From a virus, in IMG/VR virus record IMGVR_UViG_3300047546_001733, positions 8,157 through 72,156 of that record: DNA of 64,000 nt; one strand, given 5' to 3'. Position 1 is the first letter of the stretch. Each line of letters begins with the position of its first letter. Below the pieces are notes generated by a model. It was not told the origin of the DNA, did no database searches, and was given only the letters and a program-made list of their open reading frames with translations. Position numbers and translations under genes: made by a program. Shown in pieces: positions 46,355-56,268 of the stretch.

Positions 46355-47242
46355 GTGTTTGTGAGTTATAAGACTACTTGTCCTAAATGTGGTGGTAATG
46401 ATTTCTACGTTACCCCAAACAATGGTCTCTCATACTGCTTTCACTGTGCATACTCAGAGAAAGATGGTAATAAGTCAAACGACGACCGCAAACTGGTTAA
46501 TTCTATTGAGACTCTTCAAACATTTTACACAAGCATAACAGATTACTATCATTCTTGTGTGACAAGTAAGGTTCGTGTGTACTTAAATAGTCGTGGTTAC
46601 GATGATAACATGATTAGTCACTTTAAACTAGGCTATATTCCAAATGAGGCAATTACACACATCAACCAAGACTTGCTTCGGGATAGTGGTTTGTACATTT
46701 ATGACAGAGCAGTGCTTGGGGATAGAATAGCCTTTCCATACATTGTAGACGGTAAGGTAACCGATATCCGCGGGAGAACAATGGATAAAAACGACCCCAC
46801 ACGATACAAGTCGCCGTTAGGTTCAGCAACAAATCGTGGTGCAATATACCCATATAACTTCTCGGACTCGACAGAAGAACACATTGTGACCGAGGGCGAG
46901 ATTAAAGCGGGTATTGCAAGTCAATTTGGATTTAAATGTGTCGCACTACCCGGTATTGCATCGTGGAGAATGATGACATCAACTTCTACCTTTAAGCAAA
47001 CAATTGTGTTTGACTCTGCACGAGGTAAAGCGGGGCGTGAGCATACCTTACGAGCAATTGACAATATTTCTAAAAAATTGTATAATCCGTATGTAGCGAT
47101 GCTCCCACTTGGGAAAGAAGATAAGATGGATATAGACACATTCATTATGACAAAAGGCACAGCCGAGTTTCGCACAATTATTAATAATGCCCTTCCGTAT
47201 AGTGAGTGGGCAAAAATACAGAGGAGAGTAAATGTATACTGA
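46355..47242 (+). CDS. dnaG: DNA primase
   Basis: CPKC...CFHC Zn finger, YL.SRG, GR, TOPRIM VTEGE, FD, DID. Confidence 0.88.
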   Translation: MFVSYKTTCPKCGGNDFYVTPNNGLSYCFHCAYSEKDGNKSNDDRKLVNSIETLQTFYTSITDYYHSCVTSKVRVYLNSRGYDDNMISHFKLGYIPNEAITHINQDLLRDSGLYIYDRAVLGDRIAFPYIVDGKVTDIRGRTMDKNDPTRYKSPLGSATNRGAIYPYNFSDSTEEHIVTEGEIKAGIASQFGFKCVALPGIASWRMMTSTSTFKQTIVFDSARGKAGREHTLRAIDNISKKLYNPYVAMLPLGKEDKMDIDTFIMTKGTAEFRTIINNALPYSEWAKIQRRVNVY

Positions 47243-48425
47243 CACGATTGCAGAGTGGCGACTTCTTTCTAGTTTTATTGATAGCCCAGACTTTATTCAC
47301 AGAGTCACTGAAGAAATTTTTACTGACGAGCGAAAAGACATTCTTAATGCTATGAAGCAAACGTACATTAAGTACGGTGAACTTACTTACGAGGGATTGC
47401 GGATTGCGTTAAACGGTGACATCCCACCACAGCTTACGAGTGGTGTGGTAGTTAATCAACAGGCAGTGGTAGATGAACTAGTGCTTATTGCTCGCCGTAG
47501 GCAGTTGAAGTCCGCTTCACTGGTACTTGATGAGCAGAGTAAGAAGTTTGCGCCTAGTGAAGTTGAAGTACAGCAAGCACTTACTTTCGAACCGCTCGCA
47601 CCTACATCAGATACTACAATTATTCCGGGTGCCCAAAAGATGTTGGGAGACTTGTTTCAAAAGGTGCACGGTAAGTATCAGTTTGTTCACACCGGTATTA
47701 AATTTCTTGATACAATGATGGGCGGTGAATGGATGCCAAAAACACTTACTGTTATTATGGCAAAACCGGGGACTGGTAAAACAGCCCTTGTTGGTCAGTC
47801 AATGTATGAAATGGCTAGTAAGCACGGGATTCAGTCGTTACTCATTTCACTTGAAATGGCTAAAGAACAACTGGTACTACGCTGGGTTTCTTATATGTTA
47901 GAGATTGATTCTAGTAATCTACTAGTGGGTAGAATTACTCAGGAGCAGGGAAGAAAGGTAGAGGATGCTGTAGTTAGACTGCAACAACTTCCCTTGCGAG
48001 TCATTGATAACCCATCACTTCGTCTTGACCAGATTAAAAAGGAAATCAAAGATTTTGCTTATTCGGGTGGTAAGGTTGTTTTTCTGGACTATCTACAAAT
48101 AGTGAACCACGTAAACACGGGTATTCGCAACTACGACCTCGGTGAAGTTGCACAGGCACTAAAAGAAAGCGCAAAAGAAAACGATATTGCTGTTGTAGCA
48201 TTGTCACAAATGAACAAAGGTGGCGATGGGTTGGACTCAATCCGTGACTCAGGAGAAATTGCCCAGATTGCAGATTCTGTTCTTGAACTTTGCCCGATTG
48301 ATGAATTTGTTGACGACACAGGAATGCGTGGTATATCCATTAAGTTCCATAAAAATCGTAATGGGAGGCTTGGGACGGCATCGGTTGCCTTTAATGGTGC
48401 GTTTCAAAAGTTTATTAGTTCATGA
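47232..48425 (+). CDS. dnaB: DnaB-like replicative helicase
   Basis: AKPGTGKT, SLEM, DYLQ, LSQ, RDSGEI.Q.AD, KNRNG. Confidence 0.93.
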   Translation: MYTDTIAEWRLLSSFIDSPDFIHRVTEEIFTDERKDILNAMKQTYIKYGELTYEGLRIALNGDIPPQLTSGVVVNQQAVVDELVLIARRRQLKSASLVLDEQSKKFAPSEVEVQQALTFEPLAPTSDTTIIPGAQKMLGDLFQKVHGKYQFVHTGIKFLDTMMGGEWMPKTLTVIMAKPGTGKTALVGQSMYEMASKHGIQSLLISLEMAKEQLVLRWVSYMLEIDSSNLLVGRITQEQGRKVEDAVVRLQQLPLRVIDNPSLRLDQIKKEIKDFAYSGGKVVFLDYLQIVNHVNTGIRNYDLGEVAQALKESAKENDIAVVALSQMNKGGDGLDSIRDSGEIAQIADSVLELCPIDEFVDDTGMRGISIKFHKNRNGRLGTASVAFNGAFQKFISS

Positions 48426-49030
48426 AAAAAGTAGTTCACACTCCAGTCCCAATTACAAGCCCTGCGAAGTTTAAGCAGATTGACAACCGAAGAAAAGAAA
48501 TAAACAGACTGAATCGTCAGCGGGCAAAAGCCATGGAAAAGCGAGTAGCCCGCTATTTGGATGGTACACAAACACCGCAATCGGGGGCTGGCTCTGCAAA
48601 AGGAGACATCCTCATTGACTTCACAAACCGCCCCGGAAAATACATGATTGAGTGTAAATTAAGTTCAGTTCGTGTCAAGGGCGTGCCGATGATGCAGTTG
48701 TTAAAAAAATGGATTCCAAAAATGAACCGAGACGCAACGTCGATGAGGGCACAATTCCCAATCTTGGTTTTTCATTTTCACGATGTGTCTGGTGATTGGG
48801 TTGTCGTTGAGACCAGTAATTTACATAAGATTGGAGTATTTCCAGCGGTTATAGACCCCACTGAACCGAAAGTCGCCCACTATGATACTGTCGCTAAATC
48901 AGCAAAGGTATATTTGACACAAGCAAAATATGCAGAAGACCGCCCTTACTACGCTTTACTTTCTGTTGATTCTGTGTTATACTATTTCATGACGTTAGAA
49001 TACTTCAAAGACATTATGAAGGAGATTTAA
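48422..49030 (+). CDS. PD-(D/E)XK nuclease, Holliday junction resolvase-like
   Basis: E..VA, SGA...KGD, IECK. Confidence 0.75.
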   Translation: MKKVVHTPVPITSPAKFKQIDNRRKEINRLNRQRAKAMEKRVARYLDGTQTPQSGAGSAKGDILIDFTNRPGKYMIECKLSSVRVKGVPMMQLLKKWIPKMNRDATSMRAQFPILVFHFHDVSGDWVVVETSNLHKIGVFPAVIDPTEPKVAHYDTVAKSAKVYLTQAKYAEDRPYYALLSVDSVLYYFMTLEYFKDIMKEI

Positions 49031-49031
49031 G

Positions 49032-49373
49032 GTGAGTAAGATTCCTGAGTCTGAAATGAGTTTATTGGTGTCTATGTTCGAGACCTGTATTGGATGTCCC
49101 GTGGTAGTTACTATATCAGATACTGAACGGGGTGACGTGGCGAAGTTTGAGGGAATCACACTTACTGCTGTCGTACCTCAGAAATCAACTGGTATGAAAA
49201 ATGCACCTGACAAGAGAATTAAGGACGGTAAGGCATACACACCGCCAATGTTTGCACTTGTATTCGGAAACGACCGTCTAGTTTTCGTTAATGAAGACAC
49301 GACCACCTGCGTTATCTACAACGGGGTGAGGCTTGTACTTGACAAAACTATAGTGAGTGTGGTAAAATTATAG
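49032..49373 (+). CDS. Hypothetical protein
   Basis: ORF in operon with RBS. Confidence 0.65.
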   Translation: MSKIPESEMSLLVSMFETCIGCPVVVTISDTERGDVAKFEGITLTAVVPQKSTGMKNAPDKRIKDGKAYTPPMFALVFGNDRLVFVNEDTTTCVIYNGVRLVLDKTIVSVVKL

Positions 49374-49374
49374 T

Positions 49375-51309
49375 ATGAACTATGAATTAATCACAACTAC
49401 AGACCAATTACGCTTAGCGGTTTCAAGACTGCTATCATCCGAGATTGTCTACGTAGACACAGAAACTACCAGTCTTGACCCACATCAGGCAAAGTTACTT
49501 ACAATTCAGATTCACGCAGAACCTGCTACAATCATTGTAGATTGTACAAAGTCGATTGATTTAACACCGCTAGGCAGTATCTGGGAGTCTCCAAACATCA
49601 CTAAAGTTTTTCACAATGCCTCGTATGACCTTAAAATTATCTACAAATTTTTTGGCATATTAATACGAAACGTGTACGACACAATGGTTACCGAGCGCAT
49701 GATTACTGCCGGCTATAGTAAGTTGCAGGGGCAGAGTTCTTTACAAGCGGTTGCAGAGCGACGGCTTAAGATAAAACTAGACAAAAGTATACGAGCAACC
49801 TTTACAGTAGGGGAATTTGTTGAGTTGTCACACGAGCAACTGGAGTACGCAATTAAAGACGTACTTGTGCTACCTGAAATACGTAATCAGCAGTTGCAGG
49901 ATATTGCAGAGCATTCTTTGAGTGCTGTGCACAATCTAGAAATGCAGTTATGTCCTGTTGTAGCACTTATTGAGTACACAGGTATGCCGTTTGAGGCTAA
50001 CCACTTACTCGAACTTGAGCCTAAGTTTGTACGTATCATTAAAGAAGCAGAGCGTGTATTTCAGGATATGTTTATTCACGCCGGGGTTTGTACGCAGATT
50101 GTATTTAGTAAAGAAGGTTACAGCGCATTTAATCCTGCGTCTACTCAACAAATGGTTGAGATGTTTAACGCCGTAGGTATTAATATACCCAGTCTGAACG
50201 CACGCATCGTAATGCAGTGGGACTTTAAAAACAGGAAGAAGGCAAAGAACTTTGACGTTGACTTCTCTGAATTAAGTGATGATGCAGATATTAGCGACGC
50301 AATTGAGAAGTTTGGTAGTTTTGAAAACAAGTACATTCAAGCCTATTCGTTCTTAAGTGCGGTGCGGAAGATTTATAACACGTATGTTAAGTCGTTACCA
50401 ACAATGGAAAATCCAGTAACAGGGCGGATTCATTGTTCATTTAATCAGTACGGTACCGCAACTGGTCGATTTTCAAGTTCATCACCGAACTTACAGAATA
50501 TCCCATCTGACCAGAAAATGAAAAACATTGGGGTTGATTCAAGTATTCGCCACTCCTTTAAGGTAAAAGAAGGGCGTAAACTGATTATTGCTGACTACTC
50601 AACTATCGAACTTGTCATTATTGCAGACGCTAGCGGTGACCGTGGTCTTATTGATAACATGGATGATTTACATACCTATGTTGCTCGGGAAGTTCTTGGT
50701 GTTGCAGACATTACAAATAAGAATAAAAAAGAACACCCGTACAAGATATGGCGGGATGTAGCGAAGATGGTAAACTACTCGATTGCCTATAATGTAGGCG
50801 GTGATAGTCTTGGTAAGCAGATGAGTATTTCGCTTTCTCCTTTGGGAATTAAGATAGACGCACAAAAAGCAGAGAGGATAATTGAGGACTGGAAGGGAAG
50901 GTTCCCTCAAGCCGCATCTTGGCTTAGAAATAGCGCACGCTCAGTTATTCTATACGGTTTTGTCGCTGATAGTTTTGGTAGAAAACGGTTCTGGGATAGA
51001 GACGAGTTTCATAACAAGTGGAAGCGTGCTTCCGCTGAACGAGAGGCTATGAATTTTCCCATTCAAGCATTATCAGCGACGATGGTTAAAATGGCTCTTA
51101 TTAACACGTTTAACCGACTCGACCCCAAAAGGGCACGCATCGTTTCCACAGTTCACGATGAAATAATTGTGGAGAGTAGTGAACTATATGCACCAATTGC
51201 CAGTGAGATTTTAAAGGAAGAGATGGAGAAATCCGCACAGGCTGTACTACCAAACCTAGGTAACACAGTCATTGTAGAACCATCTATCTCGGATAAATAC
51301 GATAAATAA
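49375..51309 (+). CDS. polA: Family A DNA polymerase with 3'-5' exonuclease
   Basis: DTET, HNASYD, TATGRFSSSSPNLQNIP, ADYSTIEL, R..AK.VNY, VHDE. Confidence 0.95.
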   Translation: MNYELITTTDQLRLAVSRLLSSEIVYVDTETTSLDPHQAKLLTIQIHAEPATIIVDCTKSIDLTPLGSIWESPNITKVFHNASYDLKIIYKFFGILIRNVYDTMVTERMITAGYSKLQGQSSLQAVAERRLKIKLDKSIRATFTVGEFVELSHEQLEYAIKDVLVLPEIRNQQLQDIAEHSLSAVHNLEMQLCPVVALIEYTGMPFEANHLLELEPKFVRIIKEAERVFQDMFIHAGVCTQIVFSKEGYSAFNPASTQQMVEMFNAVGINIPSLNARIVMQWDFKNRKKAKNFDVDFSELSDDADISDAIEKFGSFENKYIQAYSFLSAVRKIYNTYVKSLPTMENPVTGRIHCSFNQYGTATGRFSSSSPNLQNIPSDQKMKNIGVDSSIRHSFKVKEGRKLIIADYSTIELVIIADASGDRGLIDNMDDLHTYVAREVLGVADITNKNKKEHPYKIWRDVAKMVNYSIAYNVGGDSLGKQMSISLSPLGIKIDAQKAERIIEDWKGRFPQAASWLRNSARSVILYGFVADSFGRKRFWDRDEFHNKWKRASAEREAMNFPIQALSATMVKMALINTFNRLDPKRARIVSTVHDEIIVESSELYAPIASEILKEEMEKSAQAVLPNLGNTVIVEPSISDKYDK

Positions 51310-51319
51310 GAGGAGACAC

Positions 51320-52282
51320 ATGGCTAAGAACGTTACATTTGAGGGATTGATGATGGGTACATTTAGTAAGGAACACACGTATTTCCCGTCGAGTATGCCA
51401 TCAGTAAACAGAGCACTCGGGAATATGCAGGGTATTCAAGGTGGAAGTATTGTGCAATTACTTGCTGAACCGGGTCACGGTAAGACTACACTCGCCTTAG
51501 ACTTTATTGCACAGGCACAAAAATCAGGAGTGCGTTCGATTACTATCAAAATGGGTAAAGTCGAGCAAGAGATTAATGCTGTTTTCGTAGACCTAGAACG
51601 CACATTCGACCCTGAATACGCCCAGCGTATAGGAGTAGACTTGAATAAACTCGCCGTGTATAAACCAGACTTCGCAGAAAAAGCACTACCAACTCTGGAG
51701 CACTTGCTCGAGCAAGGTTTGCAACTGATTGTATTTGATAGTGTACCAGCGATGATTACAAAGGATGAATTCGAAAAGGATGTTGACGAACCAGCCCGTA
51801 TGGCAGGTAGCGCAAATATTCTTTCTCGTTGGCTTATCCGCTTGATTGGTCTGGTAGATAATTCGGACGCACTGTTTATTTTTATTAATCAGTACCGTGC
51901 AAATCTTAGTCCAATGGCACGGAGCGAAAAGAAACCGTTTGGTCCTAGAGCACTTCGGTACTTCTGTAAAATTATTTTGGAACTGGTTAAAATTAAAACA
52001 GAAGAAGACCGCTCGACAATTCAGTTAACGGTGAGTAAAAATAAACAAGCACCTGAAGGTATGAAAGTAGACTATCTTATGCTTAAAGGTAAGGGGTGCT
52101 CACAAGCACATGACATTTTCTACCTCGCTGTGGAAATGGGCATTGTAACAAAGAGCGGTTCTTGGTATGAGTACAAGGGACAAAAATCACAGGGAATTGA
52201 CTCTGCAATAGGCGCATTCCCAATGGACGAAATAAAAGCCAAAGTAGAGCAGGAGTTAGAAAATGAACTTAGCCCACGATAA
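51320..52282 (+). CDS. recA: RecA/UvsX-like recombinase
   Basis: EPGHGKTT, DLE, FDSVPAM, FINQ.R, G.RAL, KNK, SGSWY. Confidence 0.9.
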   Translation: MAKNVTFEGLMMGTFSKEHTYFPSSMPSVNRALGNMQGIQGGSIVQLLAEPGHGKTTLALDFIAQAQKSGVRSITIKMGKVEQEINAVFVDLERTFDPEYAQRIGVDLNKLAVYKPDFAEKALPTLEHLLEQGLQLIVFDSVPAMITKDEFEKDVDEPARMAGSANILSRWLIRLIGLVDNSDALFIFINQYRANLSPMARSEKKPFGPRALRYFCKIILELVKIKTEEDRSTIQLTVSKNKQAPEGMKVDYLMLKGKGCSQAHDIFYLAVEMGIVTKSGSWYEYKGQKSQGIDSAIGAFPMDEIKAKVEQELENELSPR

Positions 52283-52634
52283 TACCGAAGGACATCGTGC
52301 TGATGCGTGGATTGATAATGTACCAGATTATTATGACATGACAGAAGCATACAGAAACCTTGCTAATGCTAAAGCGGCAATAATTCGCGCCAAGCGTAAT
52401 ATTGAGCGTATTGAAGAGCAAATAGCAGTAGACGCAGACAGACCACGTTCCAACGAAACTCGTCAACGTCGCTTACAGGCTACACAGAAACTCAAGGACG
52501 AACTAGCTGAATTTGAGAGTGAACTCGCCTACGCCGAGTCAGCAGTAAAAATTCTTGAGTACAAAAAATCAATGTTTGCTTCAGTATCGTACACAACTAA
52601 GTTGCGGTTTGAATCAATCGGGAGAGAAATATGA
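52263..52634 (+). CDS. Coiled-coil protein (possible recombination mediator)
   Basis: All-helical, follows recA. Confidence 0.5.
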   Translation: MNLAHDNTEGHRADAWIDNVPDYYDMTEAYRNLANAKAAIIRAKRNIERIEEQIAVDADRPRSNETRQRRLQATQKLKDELAEFESELAYAESAVKILEYKKSMFASVSYTTKLRFESIGREI

Positions 52635-53350
52635 GTAAGAACGAGTTTAGTGCTTCCCGAATTACAACCTATAAAACCTGTCCCCGGCTATACAAGTATC
52701 AATATATCGAGCGTATCGAGGAGCCTAAACACGTTTTAACCATTATGGGTAGCGCATTACACAAAGCAATTGAACTATACTACAAAAAGGGAATAAATGT
52801 TCAAGCGACGTTTAGTCGAGAATTTTATAATGGTGTGAGTTTTGCCGAAGGTAACTTGGGAGTTCGTGGTAAAGAGTCGCCTGTACAGGTATTTTTAATC
52901 GGTGAGGAAATTCTTAAAAATGTGGACTGGTCACTCAAGCCAATAGAAATTGAGAAATCTTTTTCACTTCCGTTTCCCTCAAAAGAAAACCCCGTATGTA
53001 TCATGCGGGGTATCATAGACATGGTAGTAGACGGTGGTATTATCATAGACCATAAATCTACAAAGACAAAACCGACTAAGAAAAAACTATCTGAGAACTA
53101 TCAGTTTGCTATTTATGCGTGGGCACACCGAGAAATTTATGGTGAATTACCTGTCAAAGTTTATTGGAATCATTTGCGAACTGGAGAATTAATTGAAGCA
53201 GATGTTCTTAAAAATTTAGACAAAACAATAAGCTTAATTGCCTCGGATATTTTGACAATTATTTCTGATACTGAATTTGAAAAAATTGAGCAAAACGGTT
53301 TTTGCAGAAATGTCTGTAATTTTTACGATAAGTGTTGGGGTGGAGGATAG
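52631..53350 (+). CDS. Cas4/RecB-like PD-(D/E)XK exonuclease
   Basis: SAS....CP, GSALH, GIID, IIDHKS, Q..IY, C...C....C. Confidence 0.85.
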   Translation: MSKNEFSASRITTYKTCPRLYKYQYIERIEEPKHVLTIMGSALHKAIELYYKKGINVQATFSREFYNGVSFAEGNLGVRGKESPVQVFLIGEEILKNVDWSLKPIEIEKSFSLPFPSKENPVCIMRGIIDMVVDGGIIIDHKSTKTKPTKKKLSENYQFAIYAWAHREIYGELPVKVYWNHLRTGELIEADVLKNLDKTISLIASDILTIISDTEFEKIEQNGFCRNVCNFYDKCWGGG

Positions 53351-53351
53351 T

Positions 53352-53714
53352 ATGTCAAAATTAGTTGTTAGGGAAAAACTTCGGGACTTCTATAAAAACC
53401 GACTTAGTTTTGAGGAAGAACTTGAAATCAAGGATGCTTACGAATCTTTATATGGTATTCTGTTAGATGTGCATCCATTTGCACCTCCGATTCTCACACG
53501 ATATTCAGAGGGCTACTACCTCGACGAACTTAGTGAAATGTACGGTCTTACCCAAGAAGAGGTTATTGGGATATTACATTCATGTTTTGCGCTTATTGGT
53601 GAAGTACTCCAGTTGGACGACGCAGTGATTGTACGTAGGGTGCAAAAATCTCTACAAGATTCAGCAAGGACTCTTTTCTCTAGAATGTACAAAGAATTAA
53701 CGGAGATAGAATAA
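53352..53714 (+). CDS. Hypothetical protein, sigma-region-4-like HTH
   Basis: RYSEGY.LDELS..YGLTQEEV; GGAGG RBS. Confidence 0.55.
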   Translation: MSKLVVREKLRDFYKNRLSFEEELEIKDAYESLYGILLDVHPFAPPILTRYSEGYYLDELSEMYGLTQEEVIGILHSCFALIGEVLQLDDAVIVRRVQKSLQDSARTLFSRMYKELTEIE

Positions 53715-54697
53715 TGAGCGAGCAATTTAAAATTACGCAAGAGATACTGGAACAGGTTAGGCAGGAGAGGTCAGAAAATCCTCGGATTACGTATCGTCAA
53801 ATATCCGCAAAATTATTCGGTACAGAAGATTACGCAACTGTACTTAAAAAATCTATTATGGACTCATACAGAGAGGCTGAGGTTGCGGCACAGTCACGGG
53901 TTCGCAGGAATATTTTACCACCGCCGTATTCAGGTAAAGTCGAACTTCCGCCTCAGTACAAATTAAAATTAGCCGATGTTACTGAGGTAGATACCAAGAG
54001 CGCAATTATTTTATCTGACTTGCATCTTCCTCATGTAGATAGAAACCTTATTGAACATATTATGGAAGTATCTCGTGTAAAAAATATAGAAACGCTAGTA
54101 CTTGCCGGAGATTTACTTGATGGTCAATTCACAGGTAGACATAAAAATCCTGAGCAATATGTTGCTTCGGCAACTGATGAACTAAGGTACTTTCAAGATT
54201 ATCTCATGTTCTTTGAACAGAACTTTCAAGAGGTGGTCGTGATGCCCGGTAATCATGACGAGTGGGTAATGGACTATTTTGAATGCTCTTTCTCAGATTT
54301 AGTACGGTTTGTTGCCCCAGAAGCAAAATTAACTATTTCTGAATACTCGTATGTGTTTCTTAATGACAACCTTGTTGTCGGTCACTTAGAAGAATGGAAT
54401 GAGGTACCCGGTTATCTAGCGTGGAAGATTGGTACTGTGCACAACCGAAATGCTCTTGTAGGGCATGACCATATTAGAGGTGTATACACAGAAAATAAAT
54501 CAAATATCTGGGGGGCTTCAATTGGCGCAAGTTTGATACCAGACAACATCTACTATAAGAGAGCCGCTTTTAATTCTTTCCCCGCCATTCAGTGTGGGTA
54601 TGCGGAACTTTTAGACCGTAGCGAAGTAACACTTTATGCTTGGGATGGTCAACAAGCAAAACCTGAGAATATACTCACCGCAAAAGTACTTAAGTAG
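53714..54697 (+). CDS. Calcineurin-like metallophosphoesterase with N-terminal HTH
   Basis: SDLH, GDLLD, GNHD, GHDH. Confidence 0.85.
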   Translation: MSEQFKITQEILEQVRQERSENPRITYRQISAKLFGTEDYATVLKKSIMDSYREAEVAAQSRVRRNILPPPYSGKVELPPQYKLKLADVTEVDTKSAIILSDLHLPHVDRNLIEHIMEVSRVKNIETLVLAGDLLDGQFTGRHKNPEQYVASATDELRYFQDYLMFFEQNFQEVVVMPGNHDEWVMDYFECSFSDLVRFVAPEAKLTISEYSYVFLNDNLVVGHLEEWNEVPGYLAWKIGTVHNRNALVGHDHIRGVYTENKSNIWGASIGASLIPDNIYYKRAAFNSFPAIQCGYAELLDRSEVTLYAWDGQQAKPENILTAKVLK

Positions 54698-54765
54698 TCA
54701 AGTATCTCTTGACAACTACGTTTATCTGTGGTATACTTCAAAGGTAATACATTTTAGGAGACGAT

Positions 54766-55197
54766 TTGATAAAACTATTACTTATTGCAAGCCTTTGGTG
54801 TTCAACCGGTTTTTGTATATCCCCCGAAGCGCAAGCGATAGCGACGTGCGAGAGCGGTGATACCGTTACCCTTGGCACCATCAGTTACACCGCCGTCAAC
54901 GTCAACCGTGATGGCACGATAGACACTGGCGCATGGCAGTTCAATTCCTACTGGGTGTGGTCACCCGACGATAGATGGGCTATCATACCGGTTGCAAACA
55001 ATATCTATAATATGTCATCAAAGGATTTTATTAATTTATACCCAGACGCAACAAAAGCACCGCCTAGCGTACAGTATGAAATGTTTAAAAGTTTATGGAA
55101 CAATGGGTATGGGTGGAGACACTGGTCAGCAAGTAAACCGTGTTGGGATAAATGGATGGTTATAAAAAATAATCGGGCAATATTTGTCGGAGAATAA
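54766..55197 (+). CDS. Secreted lysozyme-like transglycosylase
   Basis: Signal peptide, AIATCESG, GAWQF, GWRHW; promoter at 54709-54737. Confidence 0.7.
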   Translation: MIKLLLIASLWCSTGFCISPEAQAIATCESGDTVTLGTISYTAVNVNRDGTIDTGAWQFNSYWVWSPDDRWAIIPVANNIYNMSSKDFINLYPDATKAPPSVQYEMFKSLWNNGYGWRHWSASKPCWDKWMVIKNNRAIFVGE

Positions 55198-55465
55198 TAT
55201 GTTAGAAAAAACAATGTACATGGTCACTGCATCGTGGTGTAGTTCATGTAAAATGATAAAACCAAAAGTTGAGGCGACTGCACTTCGGTATAATGTACCG
55301 TTAGTAATGCTAGATGTTGACCAAAAAGAAGTTAGGGACTTCGTTGAAGTTAACTTTATTATGGCTGTCCCTCAACTAGTTTTTATCATGGGTAACCATT
55401 TTGAAATTCGAAGTCCCCTTGAAAACGGTGCAATTGAGCAAGCGTTTAAAGACTTGACTTCATAA
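55184..55465 (+). CDS. Thioredoxin-like protein
   Basis: ASWCSSCK, DVD, VP. Confidence 0.8.
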   Translation: MSENNMLEKTMYMVTASWCSSCKMIKPKVEATALRYNVPLVMLDVDQKEVRDFVEVNFIMAVPQLVFIMGNHFEIRSPLENGAIEQAFKDLTS

Positions 55466-55484
55466 AAATCCCCGCAAGGGGTAC

Positions 55485-55568
55485 GCCGAGGTGGTGAAAT
55501 GGCAGACACGTTAGTCTTAGAAGCTAATGACGCAAGTCATGAGGGTTCAAGTCCCTCTCTCGGCACCA
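55485..55568 (+). tRNA. tRNA-Leu(TAG)
   Basis: Cloverleaf with long variable arm, CT-TAG-AA loop, encoded CCA. Confidence 0.93.
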
Positions 55569-55570
55569 AA

Positions 55571-55753
55571 GCCACAAGATGCGAGTTGAAAACCTATCTA
55601 GTGTTCGCCTAAAGATTTTTAGAAAATCTTTACCCAGCTGGATTTCTAGAAGTTGCATCTCTACAACTTACTAGTAGGGTATTCTTGGCTATCGCGGGTG
55701 CCGTTGCACCTGAGAGAAATCTCGTGCAGGTTCGAATCCTGTCTGTGGCACCA
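55571..55753 (+). ncRNA. 183-nt tRNA-like RNA (acceptor + T arm, large inserted domain)
   Basis: GCCACA/TGTGGC-ACCA, GCAGG-TTCGAAT-CCTGT, GCGAG/CTCGT stem; no D arm. Confidence 0.75.
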
Positions 55754-55775
55754 TTTTATTATAGAAAGAGATACT

Positions 55776-56117
55776 ATGACGAAGTCAGTGAACGTTTTTT
55801 TTCAGCAGTACAGTGAGGGTATTGACACGTATTTTGGTAAATTTGTTCTTGAGCCTAAAACTGATGTTAATTATTTTTTCAAGGTACATCTATATAAAAA
55901 CAGCCCACAAGGTATTGCATTTAATTATATTTTTTATCATACCGCAGAAAATTACTACACATCACACCCGCTTAATCCTCTACACGCTAACATAGGTCAA
56001 TATTACACAGAGCGTTTAGAGTGGTTACCTGCTGATATGGTTTATTGTTTCCGTGCAATATTTGACATACCTCCGGTTACCATGACAACTAACTGGTCTG
56101 AGTTTATGTTAAAATAG
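55776..56117 (+). CDS. Hypothetical protein
   Basis: ATG after GAAAGAGA, downstream of the RNA element. Confidence 0.6.
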   Translation: MTKSVNVFFQQYSEGIDTYFGKFVLEPKTDVNYFFKVHLYKNSPQGIAFNYIFYHTAENYYTSHPLNPLHANIGQYYTERLEWLPADMVYCFRAIFDIPPVTMTTNWSEFMLK

Positions 56118-56132
56118 TTCCTTCGGGAACAT

Positions 56133-56207
56133 GCCTTTATCGTATAGTGGTTATTACAACTGATTTGTAACCAGTTAACTACGGTTCGATTCCGTATAAA
56201 GGCTCCA
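56133..56207 (+). tRNA. tRNA-Thr(TGT)
   Basis: GCCTTTA/TAAAGGC, TT-TGT-AA loop, TTCGATT, CCA. Confidence 0.88.
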
Positions 56208-56268
56208 CATATATTGACAAAGACTAGTCAATGTGCTATACTGTCTAAGTAATAGAAAGGATTCTAGA

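Noticed and set aside
52631-53350. Cas4 as part of a CRISPR system
   Set aside because: Stand-alone phage exonuclease within the recombination module.
55571-55753. tmRNA
   Set aside because: No G3-U70 alanine identity, no GGATTCGA D-loop region, too short, no tag ORF.
56259-56268. GGATTCTAGA just upstream of the Mom-like start, identical to the RNA loop motif
   Set aside because: A single 10-mer match in 64 kb is plausible by chance; no further complementarity seen.
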